Part shown: one piece after another, positions 9,667-20,181 of the stretch | How positions within the stretch are numbered: the first letter of the stretch is position 1 | How the letters are laid out: every line of letters begins with the position of its first letter | Virus record (IMG/VR): IMGVR_UViG_3300010403_000705 | Location: 1-64,000 of that record | Length of the DNA stretch: 64,000 bases | Strand: one strand, 5' to 3' | The notes under the pieces: generated by a model | The model's database searches: none | Seen by the model: the letters and a program-made list of their open reading frames with translations, nothing else | Told to the model about the DNA's origin: nothing | Translations under genes and position numbers: made by a program

Positions 9667-9980
9667 TAAATACTATAATATGTATATTTTCAATCTACGG
9701 TTTATCTTTTTTCATTAAAGAAACTGATGGTCCTTGGGGGATTATGAATTATATAAGAAATTTTCTTATAAAAGATGAATTTATAGGTGTTTTCTTTTAT
9801 AAATTATTATCCTGTTATTATTGTGTTGGTTGTCATGCTGGCTATATTATATATTTACTTTATACTCCATATGAAAAATGGACTTTTAGTAATTTTATAT
9901 TATGGACATTGGCGGGTGGCGCCATCAGTTTTATTTTAAATTTAATTGTAGAAAAATTAAGTGGAAATAATGAACAATAG
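9663..9980 (+). CDS. small membrane protein, DUF1360-like
   Basis: Hydrophobic segments, DGPWG and LLSCYYCVGCH. Confidence 0.6.
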   Translation: MINTIICIFSIYGLSFFIKETDGPWGIMNYIRNFLIKDEFIGVFFYKLLSCYYCVGCHAGYIIYLLYTPYEKWTFSNFILWTLAGGAISFILNLIVEKLSGNNEQ

Positions 9981-10359
9981 TTGTGCCATACAAATATCCG
10001 ATGATCAGACTTATGAATTTATTGATAGTATTAAATATAATAACAATGGAGTAAAAATTATAGCTTCTCCAGAATCGATGAACTATATTATAGAGACAGA
10101 TAATTGGTATATTTATTGGTATGTTTCTCCCGATGATGAATTGCAAATTTTTAATAGACATGCTGATAGGTTTAAATGCATCTTGAGTTTTAAGAAAAAA
10201 TTTGATATGTCATATTTTGCGGTATTAGATAGCAGCTATTTTAATGCCTTACCGTCACCCATCACAAATGTTTTTAAAAAACAAAATATTATCTATTCCT
10301 CTTCTGAATTAGTTGACAAGCAAGTTAGAAAATTATTAAATCTTAAAATATTCATATGA
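9970..10359 (+). CDS. hypothetical protein with C-terminal F-x tail; paralog of next gene
   Basis: YNNNGVKII...IIETDNW; ends RKLLNLKIFI. Confidence 0.7.
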   Translation: MNNSCAIQISDDQTYEFIDSIKYNNNGVKIIASPESMNYIIETDNWYIYWYVSPDDELQIFNRHADRFKCILSFKKKFDMSYFAVLDSSYFNALPSPITNVFKKQNIIYSSSELVDKQVRKLLNLKIFI

Positions 10360-10664
10360 TCAATATTATGTTGTATAACAATAATGGGGTACAAGTCATT
10401 GTAGATGAAAATTTAGATAATTCAAATTGTATTATAAGAACTGATACTTGGAGTATTTTTTATTTAGATGATGATACAATTCATATTTTCAATAAGAACA
10501 ATGAATTAGTGCTGCAATTTGACATGAAATCTGATTCAGATTTAATAAAATATTTAGACATTAAAAATTTGGTTACTCTTGATAATGATAAGATAGTATA
10601 CGCTTTTGATAAATTAATAAACAATAGGATTGAAAAAATTTTTCATCTTAAAGCATTTATATAA
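10356..10664 (+). CDS. hypothetical protein with C-terminal F-x tail; paralog of previous gene
   Basis: YNNNGVQVI...IIRTDTW; ends EKIFHLKAFI. Confidence 0.7.
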   Translation: MINIMLYNNNGVQVIVDENLDNSNCIIRTDTWSIFYLDDDTIHIFNKNNELVLQFDMKSDSDLIKYLDIKNLVTLDNDKIVYAFDKLINNRIEKIFHLKAFI

Positions 10665-10731
10665 TTATCATACTATTTCCCATCGTAGTACATATTTAAT
10701 AAATCATATAAAAGATAATAGGACATAAATT

Positions 10732-12234
10732 ATGAGTGATAAATTAGTTGCGTATTCTGCTGGGGCAGAGCCTCAGTTTCCTGCTAATTTTGATGTGGTA
10801 AAAAGAACTACGCTTAATTATACGGATATTGTAAATAATTCAAATAAATTTTATAATTTAGAAATTCAAGTTGCACCGAGTGGGGAATCTAGAATTTATA
10901 CTAATTATGGTAGGGTTGGTGGCACGATCGCTAGAGAATATCGTATCTGTAAAAATCAAATTCATGCGGAATCCGAATCCGATAAAATTATTAAGTCCAA
11001 AGTAAAAAAAGGGTACGTAGAGGTTAAGTTAGTTAAAGCGGAGATTGGATCAGAGGTTGGAAAAGCAAAAATCGAGTCTTCAAAAATATCTCTAACTGAT
11101 TTAGAAAAAGCTGGTATTAAAATACAAACTGATCAGAAGGATGAATCTATATTGCACCCAGAAGTTCAAAATTTAGTGAGAACTTGGTTCGGTGTAACTG
11201 CTGAATTCGTAGAATTAAACTTAGATACCAAAAAGTGTCCTTTGGGTCAGTTATCTATTGATCAGATTACAAAAGGTAAAAATATCTTAGAAGAGGCTCG
11301 CCAAATCGTACATTCTAAAAAACCAGATCAAATAGAGTTAAATAAATTAACAAATTTATATTATTCCAATATTCCGCACAATTTTGGATATACTAGGATT
11401 AATGCAGATGCTTTACGATTAGATGCCGATGATAAATTAGATAAAGCATTTGATATTTTGGACATTTTTAATGATGCTAAAAATGTCCAAAATGTTATGT
11501 CAAGGAAAAATTCTGTAGATTCTCAATACGTCACTCTTAATACTGATGTGGAGTGGCTCGATCCTAAATCTCCTACATGGCAATGGCTTGATGTGATGTT
11601 GCATAATACAAGAGCTAGTAACCATTCTTTCCTTGGTAAATTAAAAACTCATAAAATTTTTAAAATCAATCGAAAAGGTGAAGAAGAAAGATTCCTTAAG
11701 GTAGCAGAGAAAATTGCTAAAGAATGTGGTAAGCACAACCCTTCTGATGTGTATGCTAAATTAGTTCGTGAGAGACCAGATGTGTCCAAAGAGCTGCAAG
11801 ACCTATATAAAAATGCTAATGTATGTCCTGGATGGCACGGTACGCGTCGAGCCAATATGATTGGTATCACAACCAAAGGACTATTAATTAGACCATCTGG
11901 TGTTACCCATGCTGGTTCCATGTACGGTGATGGCATCTATTGGGCAACAAATAGCACTAAATCAATCAATTACTGTGATGTCAAAGGTTCTTATTGGGCG
12001 CAAGGTAACAATAGAACTGCTTATTTATTTTTAGGTGATGTAGCATTTGGAAAACAAAAAATAGCTAGTGGTTCGCATTTTTATACCAATAAAAATATAG
12101 AACCTCATCATTCAGTTTTTGCTAAAGCTGGTAGTGCAGTTTATAATGATGAATTAATTACATATCATCCAACTGGTCCAAATCAACAACATTGGTTACG
12201 CTACATAGTAGAATTTGAAACACAAGTGAAATAA
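10732..12234 (+). CDS. WGR-domain poly(ADP-ribose) polymerase-like protein (WGR + regulatory helical + ART domain)
   Basis: NSNKFY..YGRVG..KKGY (WGR); PLGQLS..YYSNIPH (regulatory); WHGT, GIYWA, KSINY, NDELITY (H-Y-E triad). Confidence 0.92.
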   Translation: MSDKLVAYSAGAEPQFPANFDVVKRTTLNYTDIVNNSNKFYNLEIQVAPSGESRIYTNYGRVGGTIAREYRICKNQIHAESESDKIIKSKVKKGYVEVKLVKAEIGSEVGKAKIESSKISLTDLEKAGIKIQTDQKDESILHPEVQNLVRTWFGVTAEFVELNLDTKKCPLGQLSIDQITKGKNILEEARQIVHSKKPDQIELNKLTNLYYSNIPHNFGYTRINADALRLDADDKLDKAFDILDIFNDAKNVQNVMSRKNSVDSQYVTLNTDVEWLDPKSPTWQWLDVMLHNTRASNHSFLGKLKTHKIFKINRKGEEERFLKVAEKIAKECGKHNPSDVYAKLVRERPDVSKELQDLYKNANVCPGWHGTRRANMIGITTKGLLIRPSGVTHAGSMYGDGIYWATNSTKSINYCDVKGSYWAQGNNRTAYLFLGDVAFGKQKIASGSHFYTNKNIEPHHSVFAKAGSAVYNDELITYHPTGPNQQHWLRYIVEFETQVK

Positions 12235-12235
12235 T

Positions 12236-12577
12236 TTGGTGAATCCATGGAAAAAAAATATTGTTGGAAAATTAGTTAAAGTACATGTTGTTAAATATAA
12301 AAGTACGGATGAAGTTGCAGGTGTATTCCCCACAAGACAGCAAGCAAATTTTTATTTGAAAGATAATGCAGTTGATAAAGATTTAGAAATTCAATACTAT
12401 GATGCTTTTCAATATGATGGCGATCCAAGGGTTTCACTTTTCGATCCAAAAGCCGTTCATTTTGTTTATCAATTACAAACAGAATATCATTCAGAAGAAA
12501 TACATAGAGAATGGGAAATAAGAAAGATAGCCTTAAATAAATTAACTTCTGAAGAAAGAAGAATTTTAGGTGTATGA
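12236..12577 (+). CDS. hypothetical protein
   Basis: Ends ALNKLTSEERRILGV, a tail common in phage proteins. Confidence 0.65.
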   Translation: MVNPWKKNIVGKLVKVHVVKYKSTDEVAGVFPTRQQANFYLKDNAVDKDLEIQYYDAFQYDGDPRVSLFDPKAVHFVYQLQTEYHSEEIHREWEIRKIALNKLTSEERRILGV

Positions 12578-12884
12578 AACGATGAGAAAACCTATATATC
12601 GAGAAGCTTTACAGTATTTAAAAGAATCGGGCAGTCATTTTGCGAACGGTCCCGATAATGATATGGCTATAGAATTTGTAGAAACTTTGTATGATTTAGG
12701 TGCAAAACAAATAAATGTAGCATTATACGAAGATTTTTATGAAAATGAAGAAATATTTGATGCTGAATTGTTTTTATTTCTACCACCTACTATTTCTATT
12801 GAGGTCATGATGGAAATTGTATGTATGAGACCAGATGAAATATCTCAAGAAGAAGACGGATCAATTAGATTATGGTGGGACTAA
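12570..12884 (+). CDS. hypothetical acidic protein
   Basis: FVETLYDLGA...IRLWWD. Confidence 0.65.
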   Translation: MYETMRKPIYREALQYLKESGSHFANGPDNDMAIEFVETLYDLGAKQINVALYEDFYENEEIFDAELFLFLPPTISIEVMMEIVCMRPDEISQEEDGSIRLWWD

Positions 12885-12888
12885 TAAA

Positions 12889-13254
12889 ATGATTAAAATG
12901 GATCTTACTGAAGAAGAAAGAGAATTAATTCTCGCAAAAAGAGAAAAAGAAGGTTATTATAAACCAAAAAAGGTAGGTTTTTTAAAAGAAGATTTATGGT
13001 ATCTTCACAAATCTTCTTCTGAATGGGCATTATTGATGAGATCATTTCTTTATTCAACCTCAGAAAAAGAAATGTTGATACAAGATATGAATAAATGTTT
13101 TGAATTTATGTTGCCTGCTGGCACTAAATTTTATTGTTATGTAGATAAAAATATTGAACATTGGCAGGGACCAGGACCAGATGATGTATTTGAGTCAATG
13201 ACTACCAGTTGGGCTGAAAAATATCTAATAGATATAAAATCATATGATGAATGA
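12889..13254 (+). CDS. hypothetical protein
   Basis: Start moved to ATG 12889, after the upstream stop. Confidence 0.6.
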   Translation: MIKMDLTEEERELILAKREKEGYYKPKKVGFLKEDLWYLHKSSSEWALLMRSFLYSTSEKEMLIQDMNKCFEFMLPAGTKFYCYVDKNIEHWQGPGPDDVFESMTTSWAEKYLIDIKSYDE

Positions 13255-13316
13255 TTCAGATATTTTTAGATTATGCTAAATAAAAAAATTTACAATATAA
13301 TTGATATTAGGATTTT

Positions 13317-14231
13317 ATGAGTTTAGGAATTTGTTGTCAATATAAAGAATTAAGCGAAAAAGGTATTGTAAATTTATGTGATGAGAAACACTTACTTTTT
13401 GGACAATTTCAAAACGGTAAATATTCAAACATTAGAATTGAACAAACGTGGGAACATAATAGCATTAGTTTGTTAAATATTATAAAAAGAATTCATAATG
13501 AAAAAGTGAAAGTATTTAGAATTTCATGTGGTATTTTCCCACTGTATGATTGTGTCTCTCATTTACTTTACAATTCTCAATCCATAAAAGATGTATTAAA
13601 AGATATAGGTAGTTTTATAAAAACTTCTGGGATAAGACTGACTACTCATCCAGATCAGTTTGTAGTACTTTCTTCAAATAGACCAGAGGTAATAGCTAAG
13701 TCTAAAAATATATTGCAACATTATGGTTGGGTATTTGACCAGATAGGTTTAAATCAAAATCCTTTTAATCCTATTAATATTCATGGAGGTGTTAGGAACA
13801 ATCATAACATTTTAATAGATTCTATTAAAACTTTACCAATAGAGGTAAAAAGTCGTTTGACATTAGAAAATGATGAGAGTTCTTACAATGTTTTAGATTT
13901 ATATAAAATATATGAAGAAACTGGCGTTCCAATTTGTTGGGATTCCCATCATCATAGTTTTAATAACGCCTCACTATCTAATGAAGAGGCTTTAGATATA
14001 AGTAAAAATACATGGGACATAGTTAAACCAATAACACATTTATCTAATACAGACCCGTCCTTGCAAAAAGGTTCTTTTATAGAAAGGAGAAAACATTGTG
14101 ATTATGTACACTATATTCCAGAGTGTCAGAGATTAGCTAACAATACTGATGAAATAGATATAGAAATGGAATTCAAAATGTCTAACCTAGCGGTGTTCAA
14201 AGCCATGCGCGACTTTGATTTAAAATTGTGA
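13317..14231 (+). CDS. uvsE: UV damage endonuclease
   Basis: FRIS, HPDQFVVLSS, NIHGG, RLTLENDE, DSHHH, H.DY. Confidence 0.92.
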   Translation: MSLGICCQYKELSEKGIVNLCDEKHLLFGQFQNGKYSNIRIEQTWEHNSISLLNIIKRIHNEKVKVFRISCGIFPLYDCVSHLLYNSQSIKDVLKDIGSFIKTSGIRLTTHPDQFVVLSSNRPEVIAKSKNILQHYGWVFDQIGLNQNPFNPINIHGGVRNNHNILIDSIKTLPIEVKSRLTLENDESSYNVLDLYKIYEETGVPICWDSHHHSFNNASLSNEEALDISKNTWDIVKPITHLSNTDPSLQKGSFIERRKHCDYVHYIPECQRLANNTDEIDIEMEFKMSNLAVFKAMRDFDLKL

Positions 14232-14270
14232 AATATATCATTAAATTTTCCTTCATGAAAGGATGCTGAA

Positions 14271-14744
14271 ATGATAGAAGTAATTAGTGGGAATATTTTA
14301 GAATGCAAAGAAAGATATATTGCACATCAATGTAACTGTTTAACACAACATTCTGCCGGAACTGCTAAAAATATTTTTGATAAGTATCCTCATGCTAATA
14401 CTTATAAATCAAGAAGCGAACCAAGTAAATTGTCCTCAATAGAGATATTAGGAGATGGTATTGATAACAGATTTATAATTAATATGTATGCCCAATATTA
14501 TCCTGGCAAACCCAAATATCCAGAATCTAAATTAGATGGCACAATTGCGAGACAAAAATATTTTTATCAATGTTTATTACAGATATCTAAAATTCCTAAT
14601 TTGGAAAGTATTGCGTTTCCTTATAAAATTGGTTGTAATTTAGGCGGTGGAGATTGGAATTATTATTATGGTGTATTAAATAATTTTGCTATTTTTGTTT
14701 ATAATAAACATAATACAAAAGTTTTTTTATATAAAACTTTTTGA
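14271..14744 (+). CDS. macrodomain (ADP-ribose binding/hydrolase)
   Basis: GNIL..IAHQCNC...GTA...IAFPYKIGCNLGGGDW. Confidence 0.9.
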   Translation: MIEVISGNILECKERYIAHQCNCLTQHSAGTAKNIFDKYPHANTYKSRSEPSKLSSIEILGDGIDNRFIINMYAQYYPGKPKYPESKLDGTIARQKYFYQCLLQISKIPNLESIAFPYKIGCNLGGGDWNYYYGVLNNFAIFVYNKHNTKVFLYKTF

Positions 14745-14751
14745 TTTTTAT

Positions 14752-14988
14752 ATGAGATGTCGAGAAATAAACCCCAAAACATTGGCATCCTGCACATATT
14801 CGTCTTTGTGCAATAAGCGTGATGCTCGTCAACATATTGGAACAGATGGTTTGAGCTGGCGCACAGTTGGCATGGTTCCACATTGCACTTGTAATGGTCA
14901 TGGATATAGTTCATTCGGAACAGGGCAACGTGTTGTGTGTCAATGTCATAGCGCCACAAAGTCCCATCAACCAAGTGCAGTAAAATAG
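14752..14988 (+). CDS. small Cys/His-rich hypothetical protein
   Basis: MRCRE...CTCNGHG...VVCQC; fits gene spacing on + strand. Confidence 0.55.
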   Translation: MRCREINPKTLASCTYSSLCNKRDARQHIGTDGLSWRTVGMVPHCTCNGHGYSSFGTGQRVVCQCHSATKSHQPSAVK

Positions 14989-15008
14989 TTAAAAATGAAA
15001 GTCAATCT

Positions 15009-15365
15009 ATGCGTAAACCCTTAGAAATATTTTTTGATGAGGAAGGTAACCTATTAAATAGAGTTTATAATCCTATTTATCATAATAGTGGCTACCAGTA
15101 TAAAAAAGAAGATAATTCTGTATTTTTTGATAAGTTAGAATATGTTGATTATATGTCTGCTGGTAAAGGCGGAGATTCTAAAATAATATTTAAATCTCTC
15201 AATTCTGGAAGAACATATTATATGTTTATTTCGGATTTTCATGATGTATTGGTCAATAAATTATTTGTTAATAATGTAATAGACAATAGATTCACTTTTT
15301 GTAAGAGGGGATCTTCACAAGGTATTAAAGTAATTAAGGAGAAAAATAATGAAGCAATTAGATGA
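15009..15365 (+). CDS. hypothetical protein
   Basis: 118 aa; FTFCKRG. Confidence 0.65.
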   Translation: MRKPLEIFFDEEGNLLNRVYNPIYHNSGYQYKKEDNSVFFDKLEYVDYMSAGKGGDSKIIFKSLNSGRTYYMFISDFHDVLVNKLFVNNVIDNRFTFCKRGSSQGIKVIKEKNNEAIR

Positions 15366-15786
15366 GTTAGTATTGGAAACAATTCAAAATTTTGTAGAAA
15401 ATGGTATGTTATTCACGGCTTTAGATGTGAGTAATTGTGTAAAGAACGCTTTACCTTTTGCCCGACATCGCGAAGTAAGAGATCTAGTACGTTCTTTTTT
15501 TCAAACAGAAATAGAACCTGCTGGCTATGCACGTACCCCAATTAATGTAATTTTAAGTGATGGATCTTCAGCTAATGCAATACTTTATCATCCACTAGCT
15601 GACTCATGGGATTTGGATGTCAAATATGACACGCAAAAAAGAACTCAATCTTCCGCTATCCCCACTAAGAATGGTGTGACTACTGTGATTACAACTCCAA
15701 CACCGCCAGTTTCAACCCCACCTTCAAATAGAGATGTCTGGAATAATCTATTTCAATCACAAACATCCTTATTTCCAAACAGATAA
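15349..15786 (+). CDS. hypothetical protein
   Basis: AAGGAG SD; FTALDVS..HREVR; Pro/Thr-rich tail. Confidence 0.7.
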   Translation: MKQLDELVLETIQNFVENGMLFTALDVSNCVKNALPFARHREVRDLVRSFFQTEIEPAGYARTPINVILSDGSSANAILYHPLADSWDLDVKYDTQKRTQSSAIPTKNGVTTVITTPTPPVSTPPSNRDVWNNLFQSQTSLFPNR

Positions 15787-15790
15787 ATTA

Positions 15791-16357
15791 TTATGTTTTT
15801 GTTTTATCCGAGCTGCTAGCCGTTGGCGGGATGTAATCTTCTTTTTCGTTTTGTAATCTATCTTCGATAGATGTCTCTGTTGGGGTGCTAGTTAATAAAA
15901 AGTTATGTGCAGAATTAATTAAGGCTATTAGTTTAGTTAAACTTTCCACACGAGCCTGGGTAAAACCTTTTCTAGGAATAAAATCTACCTCATTTTCTTT
16001 TAAAAATTGCTGTATATTATTATTCAAAGAAGTAATAGTAGATCGGAAAGATTTAGAAAAAACATAATTAACTATACGTTGCAAACTTTCATATGGATAT
16101 TGATCATCAAATCTCTTAAAATAATCTAATAAATTATGGTAAAGAGTACTAAACTCTTTGAGTATGTAAGAATCAATTCCCTTAATTCTAATAGACATAT
16201 ATTCGCCGCTCATTTCATTTAACAAAGCTCGAAAATCTCTCTTAAATTGTTCAAAATACATATTTAATTTTTCTGCTTTCATTATTTGTTCATGATTAAA
16301 CATAACAGTTTTTTTGGCAAACTTGTGTGCTAGTTCTACTATTTTTTTGTGTGACAT
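15791..16357 (-). CDS. hypothetical helical protein
   Basis: 188 aa, GAGG SD on - strand. Confidence 0.7.
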   Translation of the reverse strand: MSHKKIVELAHKFAKKTVMFNHEQIMKAEKLNMYFEQFKRDFRALLNEMSGEYMSIRIKGIDSYILKEFSTLYHNLLDYFKRFDDQYPYESLQRIVNYVFSKSFRSTITSLNNNIQQFLKENEVDFIPRKGFTQARVESLTKLIALINSAHNFLLTSTPTETSIEDRLQNEKEDYIPPTASSSDKTKT

Positions 16358-16388
16358 ATTTATACCTCTTAAAACCTACAAGTTTAAT

Positions 16389-16967
16389 ATGAAAATATTG
16401 AATACAATACAAGAATTATTATATTGTCCTTTATGCCAAAATTGTGGTGAAATATATGAAATTTCATCTGCCACTAAAAATTTTTTTATTAAATCATGGT
16501 ATCAAAACAATAATAATTTAAAGATTTGCCTTGCGTATCGTTATTCAGATAACATACAAAATGATATAGAATTAGAAGTTTATATAAACGGCAAAGATAA
16601 TACATTAAAATTTGATGAAACAAAAATTCAATCTTGTCAGGCATTTTTGGATGATGTTATATTAGATTGCTGCGTGTATTGCAAGAAATGTGATAATAAT
16701 TATATTAATTGTACTATTACCATTAATAGTAAAAATAAAGAAATTATTTATCATTTATATAAAAGAAGAATATGTTTATTTGCAGAAGATAATGTTGAAT
16801 ATAGGATATCTTTACTATATTACCTAAAATCTATATTGATTTTAAGAAATGATGTTTTATCTGGACCGTTGAATAATAAAATCATTCAGCTTCCATTAAT
16901 TGAATTGGATTTTTCTCGACCACGAATTGTAATTAATAAAATTAAAATATTATTATTATTTAGTTAA
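16389..16967 (+). CDS. hypothetical CxxC protein with C-terminal F-x tail
   Basis: CPLC, CKKC; ends NKIKILLLFS; start moved to ATG 16389. Confidence 0.7.
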   Translation: MKILNTIQELLYCPLCQNCGEIYEISSATKNFFIKSWYQNNNNLKICLAYRYSDNIQNDIELEVYINGKDNTLKFDETKIQSCQAFLDDVILDCCVYCKKCDNNYINCTITINSKNKEIIYHLYKRRICLFAEDNVEYRISLLYYLKSILILRNDVLSGPLNNKIIQLPLIELDFSRPRIVINKIKILLLFS

Positions 16968-16978
16968 TACAGGAATAT

Positions 16979-17182
16979 ATGGCAACGTTTTTCGAAGCAC
17001 ACCAAGTAAGAATGTTACTTAAAATGAAACTTTCTAGTTACTCTTGGTATAATTGGAGCGCAGTAGTTACTGAATATGATGGTTATTCTGTTTTGATAAA
17101 TGTAAAAAAAATCAATAATGCTGTTAAAAAAATTATTGCACCTGTTGTTAATGGTGTAAGTATAAAACTGGAAATAGAATGA
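16979..17182 (+). CDS. hypothetical protein
   Basis: 67 aa, AGGA SD. Confidence 0.65.
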   Translation: MATFFEAHQVRMLLKMKLSSYSWYNWSAVVTEYDGYSVLINVKKINNAVKKIIAPVVNGVSIKLEIE

Positions 17183-17252
17183 AATTCCCAATTTATGAAT
17201 AATCTGTCTCAGAAGAATTATTAAATTGGATTAATAAATTAAGAGGTGATTT

Positions 17253-17939
17253 TTGAAAGTTGTAGCTATAAGTGATACTCATGAAAAACAAGACGAAATA
17301 ACAATACCCGAATGTGATATTTTGATCCATAGTGGCGATATTACAAATAAAGGTTCGTTAACTGGTTTATATAAATTTTGTGCTTGGTTTAAAGAACAAC
17401 CGGCTAAGCACAAAATTATTATTTATGGCAATCATGAATTAGGGTTTTCTTTTGGACCTAAGAGAGAAGAAGCGTTAAATACTCCAAAACAATTTGGTAT
17501 TATATATCTTGAAAATAGTCAAGTTGTAATTGATGGATTAAAAATATATGGTTCACCCATTACCCCTTTTTTCTACAACTGGGAATGGAATGTTCATCGA
17601 GGTAAAGAAATAGCCAAGAAATGGGCACTAGTTCCTGATGATACTAATGTGTTAATTACTCATGGACCTCCATATGGGATTTTAGATCTTATAGATACTA
17701 ATCATTATACTACAAGTGAGTCTAAATCATCACTTATCTTAGAGAGAGATTCTCATCAAGGCTGTGAAGAATTAAGGAAAAAAGTTGATCAATTAACTGA
17801 TTTAAAACTTCATGTGTTTGGGCATTTACATTACCAGGGTGGTCAGCAATTAACATTAAATAATAAAATATTTGTCAACGCTGCAATTTGTAATGATAAG
17901 CACCAAGCAATACGTACACCTCAAGTGATTGAGATATAA
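17253..17939 (+). CDS. metallophosphoesterase (MPPED/239FB-like)
   Basis: ISDTH, HSGD, GNHE, LITHGPP, HVFGHLH. Confidence 0.92.
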   Translation: MKVVAISDTHEKQDEITIPECDILIHSGDITNKGSLTGLYKFCAWFKEQPAKHKIIIYGNHELGFSFGPKREEALNTPKQFGIIYLENSQVVIDGLKIYGSPITPFFYNWEWNVHRGKEIAKKWALVPDDTNVLITHGPPYGILDLIDTNHYTTSESKSSLILERDSHQGCEELRKKVDQLTDLKLHVFGHLHYQGGQQLTLNNKIFVNAAICNDKHQAIRTPQVIEI

Positions 17940-17944
17940 ATGAC

Positions 17945-18193
17945 ATGGGAGTGGTTGCATACACTGAGTGTATAGGATGTAGTCGTGCCGGACGAGCTTA
18001 CACAGATACTAATTTTATATATGAATGTGATAATTGTAAAATATATCATATAAATAATAAGCTTAAGAAATCTATGCAACAGGTGTGGTGGATAAGATTT
18101 TTATACTGGCTTATTGATAAAAAACCAGTTACTTATAACAAGAATAACTGTGAAATACTTTTCAAAGAATTAAATGAAAATAATGCCGAATAA
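17945..18193 (+). CDS. hypothetical CxxC protein
   Basis: CIGC/CDNC. Confidence 0.55.
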   Translation: MGVVAYTECIGCSRAGRAYTDTNFIYECDNCKIYHINNKLKKSMQQVWWIRFLYWLIDKKPVTYNKNNCEILFKELNENNAE

Positions 18194-18208
18194 ACAGGAG
18201 AATCACTG

Positions 18209-18553
18209 ATGAACGTTAAACCTAAAGAGATTTTTGTTAATTTGCCAATTGCATTAACATTTAAAGATGATCACGAAATACCTACCTTTGCTGCTACTAT
18301 TAATACTATTATTCATGGTAAAGTAAAAGTAAAATGTGAGACGGTTGGATCTATTAATGGACAATATGTAGGATTATTTTATCTTCAAAGAAATCATGAA
18401 TATCAAGCAATAAGAGAGTCATTTCTTAATTTAATCGAATCTGAAGAAATAAAGTCTCCAACATGTCCACATCCTAATCCAATGACATTAGAGCAGATAG
18501 GAGACAATGACTTATTTTACTATCTTGAAACAGTAGGTAAAACTGATGAATGA
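18209..18553 (+). CDS. hypothetical protein
   Basis: AGGAG SD, 114 aa. Confidence 0.7.
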   Translation: MNVKPKEIFVNLPIALTFKDDHEIPTFAATINTIIHGKVKVKCETVGSINGQYVGLFYLQRNHEYQAIRESFLNLIESEEIKSPTCPHPNPMTLEQIGDNDLFYYLETVGKTDE

Positions 18554-18839
18554 GAATATAATATATACAATTTTATATTTTTGCTTGTGCTTGTGCTTTT
18601 TATTGTTTTTATTGTTTTACTTGCATTTTAAGGTTAAATCTAAATTGACTAGGTTACAAACATGTTTGAGTTTAATATTTCATGATTGGGATGCCACATT
18701 GGCTATGTGGCATCAGATAAATAAACAACAAGCGCTCTCTCAAGAGAAAGATGTTTCATCTTTATTTGAAGAAGTTTTGCGTAACATTTGTCTAAAAGAC
18801 CGCAATGCAAGGTTGGAAGAAGTTAATAATATTTTATGA
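18546..18839 (+). CDS. hypothetical protein with N-terminal TM helix
   Basis: Long hydrophobic N-terminus. Confidence 0.6.
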   Translation: MNENIIYTILYFCLCLCFLLFLLFYLHFKVKSKLTRLQTCLSLIFHDWDATLAMWHQINKQQALSQEKDVSSLFEEVLRNICLKDRNARLEEVNNIL

Positions 18840-19141
18840 AATGCAGATTTTGTAATTCTGAAATGAAAACTACCTATTTTCATAGCGAGATAAATTCATG
18901 TAATAATCATAAAACAATAAAAGTCCGTTTTAAAACTAACAAGTATGGGGACAGGTGGATTGTTTCAAATAATAATTATAGGTTAGTTTATTGGAGTGAT
19001 CGCACACTTCTACAAAAATATAATCCTAATGCAGATTCGCCTTTGAATACTTATGAATTAGTTAAGAAATTTGATTTTGAACCAAATTTTTCTCCAGAAG
19101 AATTTAACGAAAAACTTAAAACAATTTTGGTATTTTTATAA
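18836..19141 (+). CDS. hypothetical CxxC protein with C-terminal F-x tail
   Basis: MKCRFC; ends EKLKTILVFL. Confidence 0.7.
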   Translation: MKCRFCNSEMKTTYFHSEINSCNNHKTIKVRFKTNKYGDRWIVSNNNYRLVYWSDRTLLQKYNPNADSPLNTYELVKKFDFEPNFSPEEFNEKLKTILVFL

Positions 19142-19147
19142 ATAATT

Positions 19148-19477
19148 ATGATTATTGCTTTCACATTAGGGTCAACTAAAAATTATAACGAATCTTTACT
19201 GGCAGATCGAGAAACCAAGAAATGCGGAAAATCCGAGGATTATGATGGTGGTTGGGTTTGGAAATCTGAGAAAGAAGCTATAGAATTTTTACATTCTAGC
19301 GATTTTCTTAAGGTTGATTGGGGAGATGGTAAAAGTCGCAACCCAAATAATTTTAGTGTATATGGCGTAATTATTAATAATTGGGAAAAAGATACTTATT
19401 GTAGCGACAAAGATAATCAATTTCACTTATTGATTGATGCTAAAATAATAACATTACAAGATAGAAATTCAATATGA
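19148..19477 (+). CDS. hypothetical protein
   Basis: YDGGWVW..FSVYGV...W. Confidence 0.65.
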   Translation: MIIAFTLGSTKNYNESLLADRETKKCGKSEDYDGGWVWKSEKEAIEFLHSSDFLKVDWGDGKSRNPNNFSVYGVIINNWEKDTYCSDKDNQFHLLIDAKIITLQDRNSI

Positions 19478-19968
19478 TTGTAGCATTTACTGGGCACAGA
19501 CCTGATAAATTAGGGGGATATGATTTGCCCAATCCAATTTATATTAAAGTATGTCAAAATATTGCAGAACATCTTAAACTACTAAAGCCAGATAAAACTA
19601 TCTCTGGTATGGCATTAGGAGTAGATCAGTGGGCAGCATATATATCTTACAAACTAAGAATTCCTTTTATCGCTGCCATTCCTTTTGAAGGTCAGCAAAC
19701 TAGATGGCCAAGAAAATCACAAAATACCTATATTAAACTTCTTAATTTAGCTTCTGAAGTTGTAGTGGTGAGTCCTGGCGGATATTCTCCTGATAAAATG
19801 CAAATTCGAAATAAATGGATGGTAGATAATTGTGATAAATTAATTGCAGTTTGGGATGGTTCTGCGGGTGGTACAGGTAATTGTGTAAAATATGCTCAAT
19901 CTAAAAAGAATACAAATGATATTTTATATATTAATCCTAGCTTGACAATTTGCCATGAGAATGTATAG
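19474..19968 (+). CDS. SLOG-family protein (YspA/DUF1273)
   Basis: AFTGHRP, SGMALGVD, RNKWMVD, WDG..GGT. Confidence 0.9.
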   Translation: MIVAFTGHRPDKLGGYDLPNPIYIKVCQNIAEHLKLLKPDKTISGMALGVDQWAAYISYKLRIPFIAAIPFEGQQTRWPRKSQNTYIKLLNLASEVVVVSPGGYSPDKMQIRNKWMVDNCDKLIAVWDGSAGGTGNCVKYAQSKKNTNDILYINPSLTICHENV

Positions 19969-19969
19969 T
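19942..19969 (+). promoter_or_regulatory. sigma70-like promoter
   Basis: TTGACA-N16-TATAGT upstream of 19989 and the tRNA. Confidence 0.5.
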
Positions 19970-19988
19970 GTATATACAGGAATTTAAA

Positions 19989-20138
19989 ATGACAAAATTA
20001 ATAACAATATTATTAGTATTAAGCATCATGGGATGTCAATCTAGCAGACGTACCGAACAAAAAATGGAGATTATTGTCAAACTTGTATTAGTAGAAAATG
20101 AATGCGTAATTCCCATGAAATGCGCATTAGAAGAATGA
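19989..20138 (+). CDS. small putative lipoprotein (49 aa, not in ORF track)
   Basis: MTKLITILLVLSIMG-C lipobox-like signal; AGGA SD. Confidence 0.55.
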   Translation: MTKLITILLVLSIMGCQSSRRTEQKMEIIVKLVLVENECVIPMKCALEE

Positions 20139-20181
20139 TCTTTGCACAGATCCTATTAATAATAGTATATGATCTGTGAAT